In this document: positions 20,001 to 27,100 of the stretch, in pieces
How the letters are laid out: each line of letters begins with the position of its first letter
Position numbering within the stretch: position 1 is the first letter of the stretch
From: Candidatus Woesearchaeota archaeon
Lineage (GTDB): Archaea; Nanobdellota; Nanobdellia; Woesearchaeales; J110
Reading direction: 5' to 3'
Assembly: GCA_003694805.1 (NCBI GenBank)
Contig: RFJU01000038.1
Span: 1 to 48,431 of the forward strand
Length of the DNA stretch: 48,431 nt
Program-made: the position numbers and the translations under genes
The notes under the pieces: generated by a model
What the model was told of the DNA's origin: nothing
What the model saw: the letters and a program-made list of their open reading frames with translations, nothing else
Database searches by the model: none

Positions 20001-22490
20001 TGCTCCCAGGATGGTGCTGTCTTGGCAGTCGAACAAGGTATCGTTCGCCGATGTACTTGATACGTACACAGCATACGAAGTGCCGGTGTAATTCATTGAG
20101 AGGTTCACAAAACGATTCTTATCCCCGCCTTCAAGCCACACCCCGTACGTTCCTGATGCAACAATGTCGATGTCGGTGAAGTTGTTCTCATCAGAAGACC
20201 CTCCTGTGAGGTGCACGCCGTACGTGTCGTTAAAACTGGACAGCCCTGTAACGGCGTTGCGCGCCGAGTTCGCAAAGTCAATGCCGTACGTGTTCGACTC
20301 GGTATAGATGTTTTCAATAATGTTGTCATTCGCGTACGCTCCTGAAGAGATGCCTGTCGCGAAGTCTTTGATGTTGCAGTTCTTTATCGTGACGTTGTCC
20401 TGCCCGTTGATGTCAATGCCGGAGGTCGAAGCGGTGTCGTTTCCCACAATCCAATAGCCGGCACAATCCAGCGTGATACTTCCCGCGCCGATGGTGAAGC
20501 ACGTCGAGCCGTTCACGGAAACGTTGCCTATCAGCGTCGTGTCCTGCGTTATCGTCCCGCACGATTGATTGAGCGTGATGTTCAGCCCCGCATAGTCAAA
20601 CAACGCGCCGTTGTTGAGGGCGCCATTGTTCTTCACATAGACACGCACCTTCACATCGTTAAGCTCAGAAACGGTGTCCACAACGCTGGAGAGATCGCAC
20701 GCGTAGGTCGTGTACGACGTCGCAATATTGGACGCGACACACATTTGCTGCCACGCGCTTCCGTTCCACCACGTGAAGTTCAAATCAATTGTCGTGAGTG
20801 ATGTCGTCTTATTATACGACCACACAGACGTAACGTTCTCAATCCCTACCAATCCGTTGAACGTGTTCGTCCAGTTCACCTGAAGGTACGAACCACTCTG
20901 CGTTCCTGACTCAAGAATGTTGGCGTATGCAGCATCCCTTGACGTGACGTTGGACGTCACCACACCATTATCCCCTAAGGCTGCTGTACTATAGGCGAAG
21001 GCGTAGTCCGGCTCTGATTCCGCATCTCCTTCTCCGTATGCCGGGTCTTGTGGCGTGAGGGGGAACGTGTACGCCTCGCCGGGCGTGAGGCGCATCACCG
21101 CTTCCCACCGCCCCGTGCACACCTTCCCCGCAAAGTCATACTCCTTGCACTTGAAAAGCCGCCTCCCCTTTGCAACCGCCGTCACGTTTGCAAGGGAGAA
21201 ATTCACCCGTGTCGGGTCGATCGCGTAGGACTGCAAGAACGGCCTGCCCAGCCACTCGCTGCTCACGTCATCAAGCCCTATTGTGAGGTTTTCCTCAAAG
21301 CGCGCGTCTGCAAAGACGATGCGCGCAACGGGCATCTTCTCCGGGAGTACCTCGAGTGCGTAGCGAGCGTTTCTCTGCGGAGAGGAAACAACCCGTCCGT
21401 CAGGCGCCAAGAACCGAACGGTAGCATTCGTCTCCTTCACCGCACTCGCGATAGTCACAATGCACGAGGGGCACGCTTCAGCGCGGGCCTTCACTGTCTT
21501 CAGCACCTGCCTCTTCTTCCCTAAACCCGCGCCCTGCGCACTCCGAATTGTGATCCCTTGCTGATCTTGCCGCTCACGCACCCCGCTCTTTGTTCCTTGA
21601 ACCCCTCCACGAACTCCTCCGGAGTCACGCGCCTGCCCAACCGACGCTGAAGGCCCTTCCACGTGAACGGTGAACACTTCGCTCACAATGAGATGGTGCA
21701 AGTCAGACACGTACACGAACGCGTCATACGTGCCGTTGCGCACCGCCGTGACGAAGAGCTCGCTCCCCTTCACGCTCAAGAGCAGCCCTGGCGACCCGCT
21801 CACATCGTAAAAGAGAACATCCCCGTCAGGGTCGCCGAAGAAGCGGGAGAGATCGACCCGCACCGTGTCCCCCACGGTGAGGTTGTGGTCAGGAAGCGAA
21901 AACACCTGCCGCGGAGGGGTGTTCACCCCGATAAAACGATACTGGACACTCTCGATATGCACGACTTCATCAACGCCTTCCACCCTCAACTGAAGAGGCG
22001 TTCCCGCAAACGTGCACGCCTCGCCGCACGCGTTCCGAATAAGCAGCGGCCTTTGCAGTGCTTGCGTACCCGACGCGTTCGCGTTCGCCGAAGCATGCTT
22101 GTAGAGCAGGTACGACTTCCCAGGCGTGTCCACCCATACCGTAAACGGGGCATCGTAGAGCACGCGCGCATTCAAAGAAAGCGCCTGGACCGCTGGCAAG
22201 TCCAACGCGATAGTTCCGCTGCCCGTAATCGTCTTGCCAATAAGCACTGTTTCGTTGCGCACAACCTTCTTGGTGAAAAAGCCCGTCGTGCCCCCTGGCG
22301 AGAACAACGGCAGAGAGAAGAGTGAAATGAGCATGACTGCAAAGAGTGCTGTTATCAGGACTGGCTTTTGCCACCGCTCCCACAACGCCCTCGCTTCAAG
22401 GCGGTGGCGAGACTCCTCGAGCATGCGCTCTAGCTGCGCATTGCTCTTCTCAAGACGCCGCTTCCATTCCTCGTCACGCCTCTGCGTCAC
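11034..22490 (-). CDS. Giant 3818-aa surface adhesin: three parallel beta-helix (PbH1/NosD-like) blocks, LamG domain, FG-GAP/VCBS propeller, six Cys-containing Ig-like modules, C-terminal pilin-like domain
   Basis: Uninterrupted ORF with N-terminal TM. Repeated DC-x-G...GI-x-L...N-x-T turns; LamG signature LNGSLDEVQLYNRVLAPEEI (~18030-18630); D-x-D-x-D-G loops (~16350-17470); dense NxS/T sequons; no C-terminal TM. Confidence 0.9.
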   Translation of the reverse strand: MTQRRDEEWKRRLEKSNAQLERMLEESRHRLEARALWERWQKPVLITALFAVMLISLFSLPLFSPGGTTGFFTKKVVRNETVLIGKTITGSGTIALDLPAVQALSLNARVLYDAPFTVWVDTPGKSYLLYKHASANANASGTQALQRPLLIRNACGEACTFAGTPLQLRVEGVDEVVHIESVQYRFIGVNTPPRQVFSLPDHNLTVGDTVRVDLSRFFGDPDGDVLFYDVSGSPGLLLSVKGSELFVTAVRNGTYDAFVYVSDLHHLIVSEVFTVHVEGPSASVGQARDSGGVRGGVQGTKSGVRERQDQQGITIRSAQGAGLGKKRQVLKTVKARAEACPSCIVTIASAVKETNATVRFLAPDGRVVSSPQRNARYALEVLPEKMPVARIVFADARFEENLTIGLDDVSSEWLGRPFLQSYAIDPTRVNFSLANVTAVAKGRRLFKCKEYDFAGKVCTGRWEAVMRLTPGEAYTFPLTPQDPAYGEGDAESEPDYAFAYSTAALGDNGVVTSNVTSRDAAYANILESGTQSGSYLQVNWTNTFNGLVGIENVTSVWSYNKTTSLTTIDLNFTWWNGSAWQQMCVASNIATSYTTYACDLSSVVDTVSELNDVKVRVYVKNNGALNNGALFDYAGLNITLNQSCGTITQDTTLIGNVSVNGSTCFTIGAGSITLDCAGYWIVGNDTASTSGIDINGQDNVTIKNCNIKDFATGISSGAYANDNIIENIYTESNTYGIDFANSARNAVTGLSSFNDTYGVHLTGGSSDENNFTDIDIVASGTYGVWLEGGDKNRFVNLSMNYTGTSYAVYVSSTSANDTLFDCQDSTILGADTAGTRGFYVAFGGVSTVQNCIVKDFERGVVPSQDSLLVNLTATSNTHGIYVDSENNIAMQSINASGNTNHGFYLYNANGLNLSGIVASDNSQDGLYVRKVTDSVFDDITADRNALYGIELVSFTTGSNRNNFTNVRIDGGAVGDVGIRLQTGGNANNSFVNFNITINGANHYGILVNNDASDNNYFDCAGGFIDGDDSSGSNGVRVSSADGITIGNCTITDFADGIYLSTSATGASIRGNNVSSSTGYGMNIADIGSSGGVLENNFFCNSSGAYDAYDADSNTWTNNSCDAGSPGSICYWTCAGVRNNNAPVVASLSLSPAIANASQDLNCTFVITDEDVGDTLFANYTWFVDGVKNVSGQVSVTNGTASSVILGAGNTSIGEQWWCNVTGYDGTEYSSENQSSTTVIVAETVAPSISFVSPTPTGGTQASTAVYVNVSSSDASDHSVLVDWNSTLALWMQFTSGADVTEESSYEQACTDYGSSWSPMGQRGGKRVFDGSARLDCSNASQYRVGEEGSLLAWVEWNPTATDDVVVSNGQNGTGGWYVIARTNGDLDVSFSNASAEWVSSGQAGFFSAGQPVFMGIVFNSSEVQFYKNGVFLGSEQIGIDWSVAADTEPLVLGAYRSDTSKGLNGSLDEVQLYNRVLAPEEINASWNASAYPYRHNFTGLVNGTYTFKAYAIDASGNTNETEQRSVTVHSGPQPVFDSVNITPASPYANDSLSCEFNVSQSDGANITVLVRWWRDRSAANWTIFSRSRESWLMNASVQGTLATSRLGIDRRWTAPGESWKCEVTADNGFVNVSQNSSAVTISSLTASIVDKTPSSADVNESVLFAADFLGQNNETLGRKLFFQNFTHEAHDALFWSSSHTKTRDGFVIGDLTSGVRNLIAYNASGSNRWNASNYIGGLERGDFDRDGVDDFAYTTVVDQFKVVNGSGSQVELLSFRGILSAVLADLDGGTYRDDYASLRSTGRAGAATTNGSSWTKMFDVSASLGTPNEVKAWDISDQWPGDELVSATANYLLVMNASGDVLWNVSNEFRAVAIVDIDNDGRRSDIVAHDVTAGLLRAFDKDGVSLWNVSVGVGWEMGAGDFDGDGYVDDVFAQNGTSKLVAVDESGDVLWSLSKSGSGYVASVEVFDVDLDSVDEVLAAGGDNTAWLIDDGSFVMNASFSYPLASDVNTLDAKRSLDVEDWDGDGVAEFLAVSSGTGVSEAGVFGVVDFCRVDFSNGTSVNLTWNASAQQWERNFSFSSSGVVTYNITCRKGGYGVVSEQGSLFVGTNQPPSVESLALTPAVPENASDLNCTFTIVDDGGGGGLWANYTWVRDGALYSSGQVSVTNGTAYSLILGAGNTTYGEQWYCNVTGFDGTNYSSENQSNTVTVTDTAPTVASVSLLPAKAYHTQDLNCSFIVTDPNTGDSLSANVSWFKDGTLFSSGVYAVLNNTRKDVALPAANTGAGEDWLCQVTPSDGYATGSSLNSSASHIWQNISGCGTIYNDSMLSTDLSSPGASCITFGADSIALDCAGHTIDSDDSPLTRGVNASGKVNISVAHCVISDFTSGVWLDGTNQSVVENVTVVSNTRGVDVLGGAKSNVFTTITVINSSKASILFRDGASANNFSQIVVQGDADTEYGIRFGSGGGVSNRFEGVNISWALANPAAYYGVFFNDAQGSATNVIDCQGGVVSTPSSANAIGGFYLNDASSTSIVNCTVVNFTYGVYAGAGSGTQVSSLTVNASDVGVYLSGSSQSVISDVSVNDADLYGVWLEGASSNNLSSLTVQGGSVTDAGVYVSGASASTSNKVTGLSVSVSGASHHGVYVDGELHDNNVFNCQGGTIDGSDTGGTYGVYLSSADGTTVGNCSITDFSRGVYAASSSGNTFTNVNVSSSANGYYLSSVTSSAISSFALSSLSGNGVFFASSSSNNVTDFSISLTGAYAAVYVSDETSDTNKIDCGGGVLSGNDDASSFGVRVSSADDVTLRNCTVKDFGKGVFFEGTSSGSVVEENNVSSSVQEGVNVSVSSVTSSTFSNNYFCGSGGAYDAYDADSNTWTNNSCDSRAGWAWCSYLCDGTPVANNVPNVTSVTLLPASPMTHEDLNCSFIIEDADPNDVVLANVSWFRDGAYFSSSEVQVTNGTEESVTLSYTNTALGESWLCQVTPRDQTDVGSAVNSTSRTIEQGCDTITSDVTMTRNFTFNNTCITFGADNIVLDCAGYAIIGEDVGYGVTTNGYDNVSVKNCVVSNFSTGVFVTSSENSTFQNLTLTSHASVALQSASSNKNTYSLIDVNMTGASLAKGVSFSSSGQNTVSNLDIVGSSSEYALEIVSLSSNNNFSEVNVTVDAKGIKVGTSGNPSSNNQFVNTSVSVGLTTSSGVELDGGSNNRFDCGGRTLTGASAFGDGVSIYRASKTTVSNCIIRGWDEGVIVTGFSSSLTGVLVENVSIQNVNRAGLDLSLVKESRFVNVSIEQFGQTFSTSGVLLQDGTSSNNFTKVTIAGSGSSGVDIEEGTINTQNRFVNISIFVNGSVVGFDSGDQNEQTYIDCGGGVVQGNDSAGSVAFNLSEADGYTIKNCTILDFDVGINVSGTSTGHTIENNNVSSSLTSAIRFATSADSGSSMASNVFCGSGGAYDVFDGDSNTWSGDWCDNSSPAFLCTYFCNGSLTNQAPQVVYVNVTPLAPYTTDDLNCTVNVTDDGLGSGLWINYTWYKDGVANVSGSVSATSGEENVFTLGAGNTTKGEVWWCNVTGYDGELYSLEKKSNNVTIQNTLPDVPTLLYPSNGNTSIFERNVNLNWTSSDADGDTLSYNLSINQSVCPSYQYSNLSESNYTTEELCVDRVYNWTVQACDDEGCSAWASIFNFTIQSSVIITLTNAETNFGSMNVLESNDTTDDNPLPFGVRNDGNVVADVSLRASDGLWDAVGLNTSYFQFAAGNSSEAGSFVWGSSATSWTNVSNESVLVLKNLSYVDAGDEGEVEFRVEVPLNEPGGAKQSQLFIIAEYPVS

Positions 22491-22701
22491 GCTCCACCTC
22501 CTCCCTTTTCTTTTTCATCCGGTGATACACGGTCCACACGGTGCGGTCATCACGGTTGAGCAGCTCGGCAATTTGTGCAAAGGTCAAACCACGCTCTTCC
22601 TTGAGGAATGCAACGAGCGACTCCATGACAGAAAATGTTCTGTCGCGAAAAATAAATGAGGGGATGTTAAGGCTCTTGTCTGCAAAGAGCCTGCGCTTCA
22701 T
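22474..22701 (-). CDS. Small helix-turn-helix DNA-binding protein (sigma70 region 4/TrpR-like)
   Basis: GGAGG upstream of ATG 22701; HTH LTFAQIAELLNRDDRTVWTVYHR; overlaps the adhesin start by 17 nt. Confidence 0.8.
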   Translation of the reverse strand: MKRRLFADKSLNIPSFIFRDRTFSVMESLVAFLKEERGLTFAQIAELLNRDDRTVWTVYHRMKKKREEVERDAEA

Positions 22702-22940
22702 CGGCAACCCTCCACGCACCCTTCGTTCATGGGTGCACTTCGAAAGAAGAAGAACACGTACTTGCACACGTTCGGGCATAACGCTCGCTGGCGTGCTTGC
22801 TGAGGGAGGAAAGAAAAGAAACTTGCAAAGAAACGAGCAGAGAAACGAGCAAACCCTGTTGCTTCTCTCCCTTCTTTCTGCGCCTTTCTCGACTCTTCCG
22901 AGCCAACAACTGCTTGTGTCATCGCTGTCGTGATCACCAC
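22698..22940 (-). CDS. Possible small leader ORF
   Basis: Stop overlaps the HTH start (ATGA). GTG start and no recognisable domain, so it may be spurious. Confidence 0.2.
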   Translation of the reverse strand: MVITTAMTQAVVGSEESRKAQKEGREATGFARFSARFFASFFSFLPQQARQRALCPNVCKYVFFFFRSAPMNEGCVEGCR

Positions 22941-23167
22941 ACCATCATTCCTCGTCCCTGCCTGCTTACCTGCTGTGCGATAGCTGAACTGAATTCTTGC
23001 TTGTCTTCGTTGCTGCGTGAGGCGTCCTTGCTGTGACGTTCCTGCAGCGTTGGTTGCTGGGCTTCAATGCAAACCAACCCACCAGTTCAGAGCGATCTGG
23101 ACGCTTGCCTTTTTTGTCCGGCAACCTGTACACGCAGTAGTGCAAAGCTCGTACAAGCCCAACACAA

Positions 23168-23357
23168 CATACTCACATTGTAAGGGTTCTTTATATACCT
23201 TTTTATTGTGAATTCCTTCACATGCTCGGAAAGCGCCCCAAACCCCCTTAGAAGAGAAATTACTTACAATGTAAGTAATACACGTATTTATTGGCGCGAA
23301 ACGAAACAAAACCACACACAAAAACAAAAAGTAAAAATTACCTACAATGTAAGTATA
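23168..23357. promoter_or_regulatory. Three copies of a palindromic operator (ATTACTTACA-N-TGTAAGTAAT) around a minus-strand BRE-TATA
   Basis: Perfect 10-1-10 palindrome at 23259-23279; near copy at 23337-23357; degenerate copy at 23168-23188; minus-strand AAAAAAGG-TATATAAA (TATA 23190-23197). Confidence 0.7.
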
Positions 23358-23415
23358 CAACCAACTCAAACGTATTTTTGTTCTATATAGAAACATAATT
23401 GTTAGCGCCAGAAGC

Positions 23416-23474
23416 TTTATAAATTACACATTCGCAAAAAAACTTAGTTAACTAAGTTAGCTAAGTTAGCCAAG
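23416..23474 (+). promoter_or_regulatory. TATA box plus 9-bp tandem/inverted repeat array upstream of the RHH genes
   Basis: TTTATAAA at 23416-23423; perfect palindrome AACTTAGTTAACTAAGTT at 23441-23458; CTAAGTTAG twice at 23452-23469. Confidence 0.65.
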
Positions 23475-23592
23475 CGTTTGGTTCCGAGTTTAGCACCAAA
23501 AAACCCCCCAAAACAGCACCATCAAATACATCCCCCTCACACTATCACAACACAATAACAACGAACATAATAACAAAAAACACCAACAAAAA

Positions 23593-23781
23593 ATGGTCAA
23601 CATCAACATCTCCATCAGCGACGACCTCCACCAACAAATCAAACTGCAAGCAACCCTTGCCAAACGCACCCTCAAGGAACACATCATCACCCTTCTGCAA
23701 GCACGGGTTCAAAAAGAACTCCCACCACACCAGCCAAACCCAACAAAAAAACAGAACCTGACACTCAGCAAGCGACGCTAA
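23593..23781 (+). CDS. Ribbon-helix-helix (CopG/Arc/ParG-like) DNA-binding protein
   Basis: MVNINISISDDLHQQIKLQA...TLKEHIITLL: alternating beta-strand followed by two helices. Confidence 0.75.
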   Translation: MVNINISISDDLHQQIKLQATLAKRTLKEHIITLLQARVQKELPPHQPNPTKKQNLTLSKRR

Positions 23782-23879
23782 ACGAACCAACAACAACAAC
23801 CCCGCCAGACAACACCCGCACAAACACACACAAACAACAACAAGCAACAACAAACAAACCACACAACTGACGCCAAGCA

Positions 23880-24104
23880 ATGAAGAACATCAACATCACA
23901 CTTCCCGACGACCTCCATCACCAACTCAAACTCCTCTCTGTTCTCAAAGGAACCACCCTCAAAGCACTCATCACCACCACCCTCTCTGAAACACTCTCTG
24001 AAACGCAAGAACAACAACCCCATATCAAGACCCACACCGCAGGCCGACAACAACCCGCCAGACAACACCCACACCACCCCCTTGATAAGAAAAAAACACC
24101 ATGA
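23880..24104 (+). CDS. Ribbon-helix-helix DNA-binding protein, tandem paralog
   Basis: MKNINITLPDDLHHQLKLLSVLKGTTLKALITTTL; ATGA overlap with the downstream surface-protein gene. Confidence 0.75.
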   Translation: MKNINITLPDDLHHQLKLLSVLKGTTLKALITTTLSETLSETQEQQPHIKTHTAGRQQPARQHPHHPLDKKKTP

Positions 24105-27100
24105 AAAACAACAGCACCCGCACTACCAACAATCACCGGCCACCTCCCTTCCCAGCTGGCCCCACACACTCCACAAACACGAACCCCCGCCAGGGCACGC
24201 TCCTACTCCTCACAACCCTCATCCTCGCCGCGCTCATCCTCTCCCTCTCCTCCCTCGCCACATTCACCACAGGACCGCAAATCACCCCCACAGGAGCCTC
24301 AACCAACGACTCCCTCCTCTGCGAGTGGACCGCCACCGGCACCACCATCACTGCCAACGTCACGTGGTACCGCAACGGCGCCCTCAACGCAACAGAAAAC
24401 AACATCTCCTGCACTTCAGGCCAGCCCTGCCAAACCCCCACCGGCATCGACGCGAGCGCCGTCATGAGAGACGACGAGTGGAACTGCACCGTCACCCTCT
24501 ACAACGGATCAACCACCCAAACCCAGAGCACAAAAACAACCATCGCCAACGCAGACCCGACCATCATCCCTGTCAGCGACCCGCAAACCCTCACAGAAGA
24601 CACTCCCTATTACTACGACTTCAACGCAACCGACGCAGAAAACGACCCTTTATTTTGGACGTCACGAGAAATCAACACAACCACCAACTCAACCATCTCA
24701 CCACCGCTCTTCCGCTTCTCAGACCCGGGCAGCGACGAAATACTCGGCATCATCAGCTTCACGCCGGACGCGAACGACGTGGGAAACCACACTATGGAGA
24801 TAACGGTTACTGACGGGCACGAAGGCGCAGACTCCATCATCCTCACCTACATTGTCAACGAAGTCAACGACAACCCCCTCTTCACCGTCACCGACCAAAA
24901 CGCGACGGAAGACATCCCCTTCTCCTACCTCATCACCCCAACCGACGAAGAAAACGACCTCCCCTTCAACTTCTCCCTCACCACCACCCCTGCAAGCAGA
25001 ATCATCCTCATCCAAATCAACAGTACAACCGCAAACATCACCTTCAACACCACCAACGGCGCGCCGGACTTTCAAGACGGCGGCACGTACAACGTCACCG
25101 TCACGGCCAACGACACCAGAGGAGGCTCAACAACAAAAACATTCCTCCTCACCGTCATCACAACCAACCAACAACCCAACCTCACCCTCATCCAAAACCA
25201 AACCTGGACGGAAGGACAACTCCTCACCTTCAACCTCAGCGCAAACGACGCGGACGTCAACGACACACTCACCTTCAGCGTCAACGACACACGCTTCACC
25301 GCAAACACCATCAACAACAGCAACAACGCCACCGGCAACGTCACTGCCCAACTTGACGACGCCCACGTCGGCTACTACCCCATCAAAATCACCGTCACAG
25401 ACATCGGCGGCGCAACAGATTCCCAAACCGTATGGATCAACATCACAAACGTCAACGACGCCCCCCTCATCCACAACACCAGCCAAGACAGCCAAAACAC
25501 AGACGGAAGCGACATCCACAACCTCACCGCCTACGCAGGAGCACCCTTCGCCTACCACGTCAACGCCACTGACAACGACACCCTCACCCCGACTGGCGAA
25601 GTACTCACCTACACCCTCAACGACACGAGCAAACTCTCCATCAACGCAACCACCGGCCTCGTCACCTTCACACCCACCCAAACAGATGTTGGCGTCCACA
25701 CCGTCCTTGTCACCGTCACTGACGATGAAGGCCTCAGCGACAACGAAACCCTCACGGTCACGACGCTCAACAACTCTGCACCAGCCTTCGACCCCATAAC
25801 AAACGTGACGTGCTACGAAGACCTCCTGTGCACAGCATTCATCACCGCAACGGACCAGGAAGGAGACAACATCACCATCATGAGCAACAACACCGCAGTC
25901 TTTAACCTCACAACGTACAACACCACCACTGCAGTACACAACACCACCCACAACCAAAGCGACGTAGGCAACTACACCATACTCCTCACCGCAACGGACA
26001 CGAAAGGCGCCTCAAACACCACAACCATCAACCTCTCCATCATCGAGCAAAACGACCTGCCAGTCCTGGACACCATCACCTTCCCCACTATTGTTGAGGA
26101 ACACCCCGTCCTCATCTATCTCCACGCCGACGACGAAGACTACCTCCTCAACATCGAAAACATCACCTTCAACCGCACCTTCCTCACCGGCAAAGACGTC
26201 TTCAACATCACCACGCGCTTCAACACAAGCAACAACAAAACCTACGGCGTCATCAACTTCACCCCGGCAACAAACGACGACGGATTTTACTCGGTCAACA
26301 TCACCGCAACAGACAAGAGAGGAGGAACCGACTGGCAAGTCATCAATTTCACCATCTACAACAAAACGCTCCCGCCCAACATTACTCAAATCAAGCCGTA
26401 CGGCAACGCATCAGCAAACAACGCCATCATCGACGCATTCACCGCAACAACCAACTACCCCAACAACAACACTCCCGTGACGCTCAACGAAAACACGACA
26501 TACACGTTCAACCACACCACCACAGACGACACCACCGCTCCTGAAAACCTCACTTTTGCTTGGTACTACGACGGCTCGTTAAGCACCACCACCCACGCGT
26601 ACACCAAATCTTTCGACTTTTTTTCCTCAGGAACCCACACCATCCTCCTCGTCGTCAACGACGACCGCCTAGAAAACGCAACGTGGCAGTGGACCCTCAC
26701 CGTCCAAAACGTCAACAGAGCACCCTCCCTTTCCAACCCGCTCGATAACCTCACCGCCAACGGCACCACAACATACAGCAGCTACTTCAACTTCTACAAC
26801 TCACAGCAAAAATTCTACGACCCCGACGATGACACGAACAGCGACGGACAAGTAACCGGAAATGAAACGACCTCCCTCACGTTTAACGCGACAACGTGCA
26901 ACGTCGCCACGCTCTCCATCAGCGGAGCCAGCCTCACGGTCACCCCAACAAGCGTTGGAAACTGCACCGTGACATTCAGCGCGAGTGACGGGCAAGAAAG
27001 CGTCACCAGCAACACCGTCACCATCACCACAACCGGCGTGAGCGAATCCCAAACCAGCACAAGCACCAGCTCCAGCGGTGGCGGCGGAGGAGGCGGAGGA

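Noticed and set aside
23593..24104. Toxin-antitoxin pair or plasmid partition cassette
   Set aside because: Both ORFs are RHH-type; no toxin, ParA or Rep gene is adjacent.
24852..25957. Long alternative-frame and antisense ORFs (e.g. 315 aa Ser/Thr/Pro-rich, 276 aa Val/Gly/Asp-rich) and similar shadows across the window
   Set aside because: Expected by-products of biased codon usage within real genes; no domain signatures.
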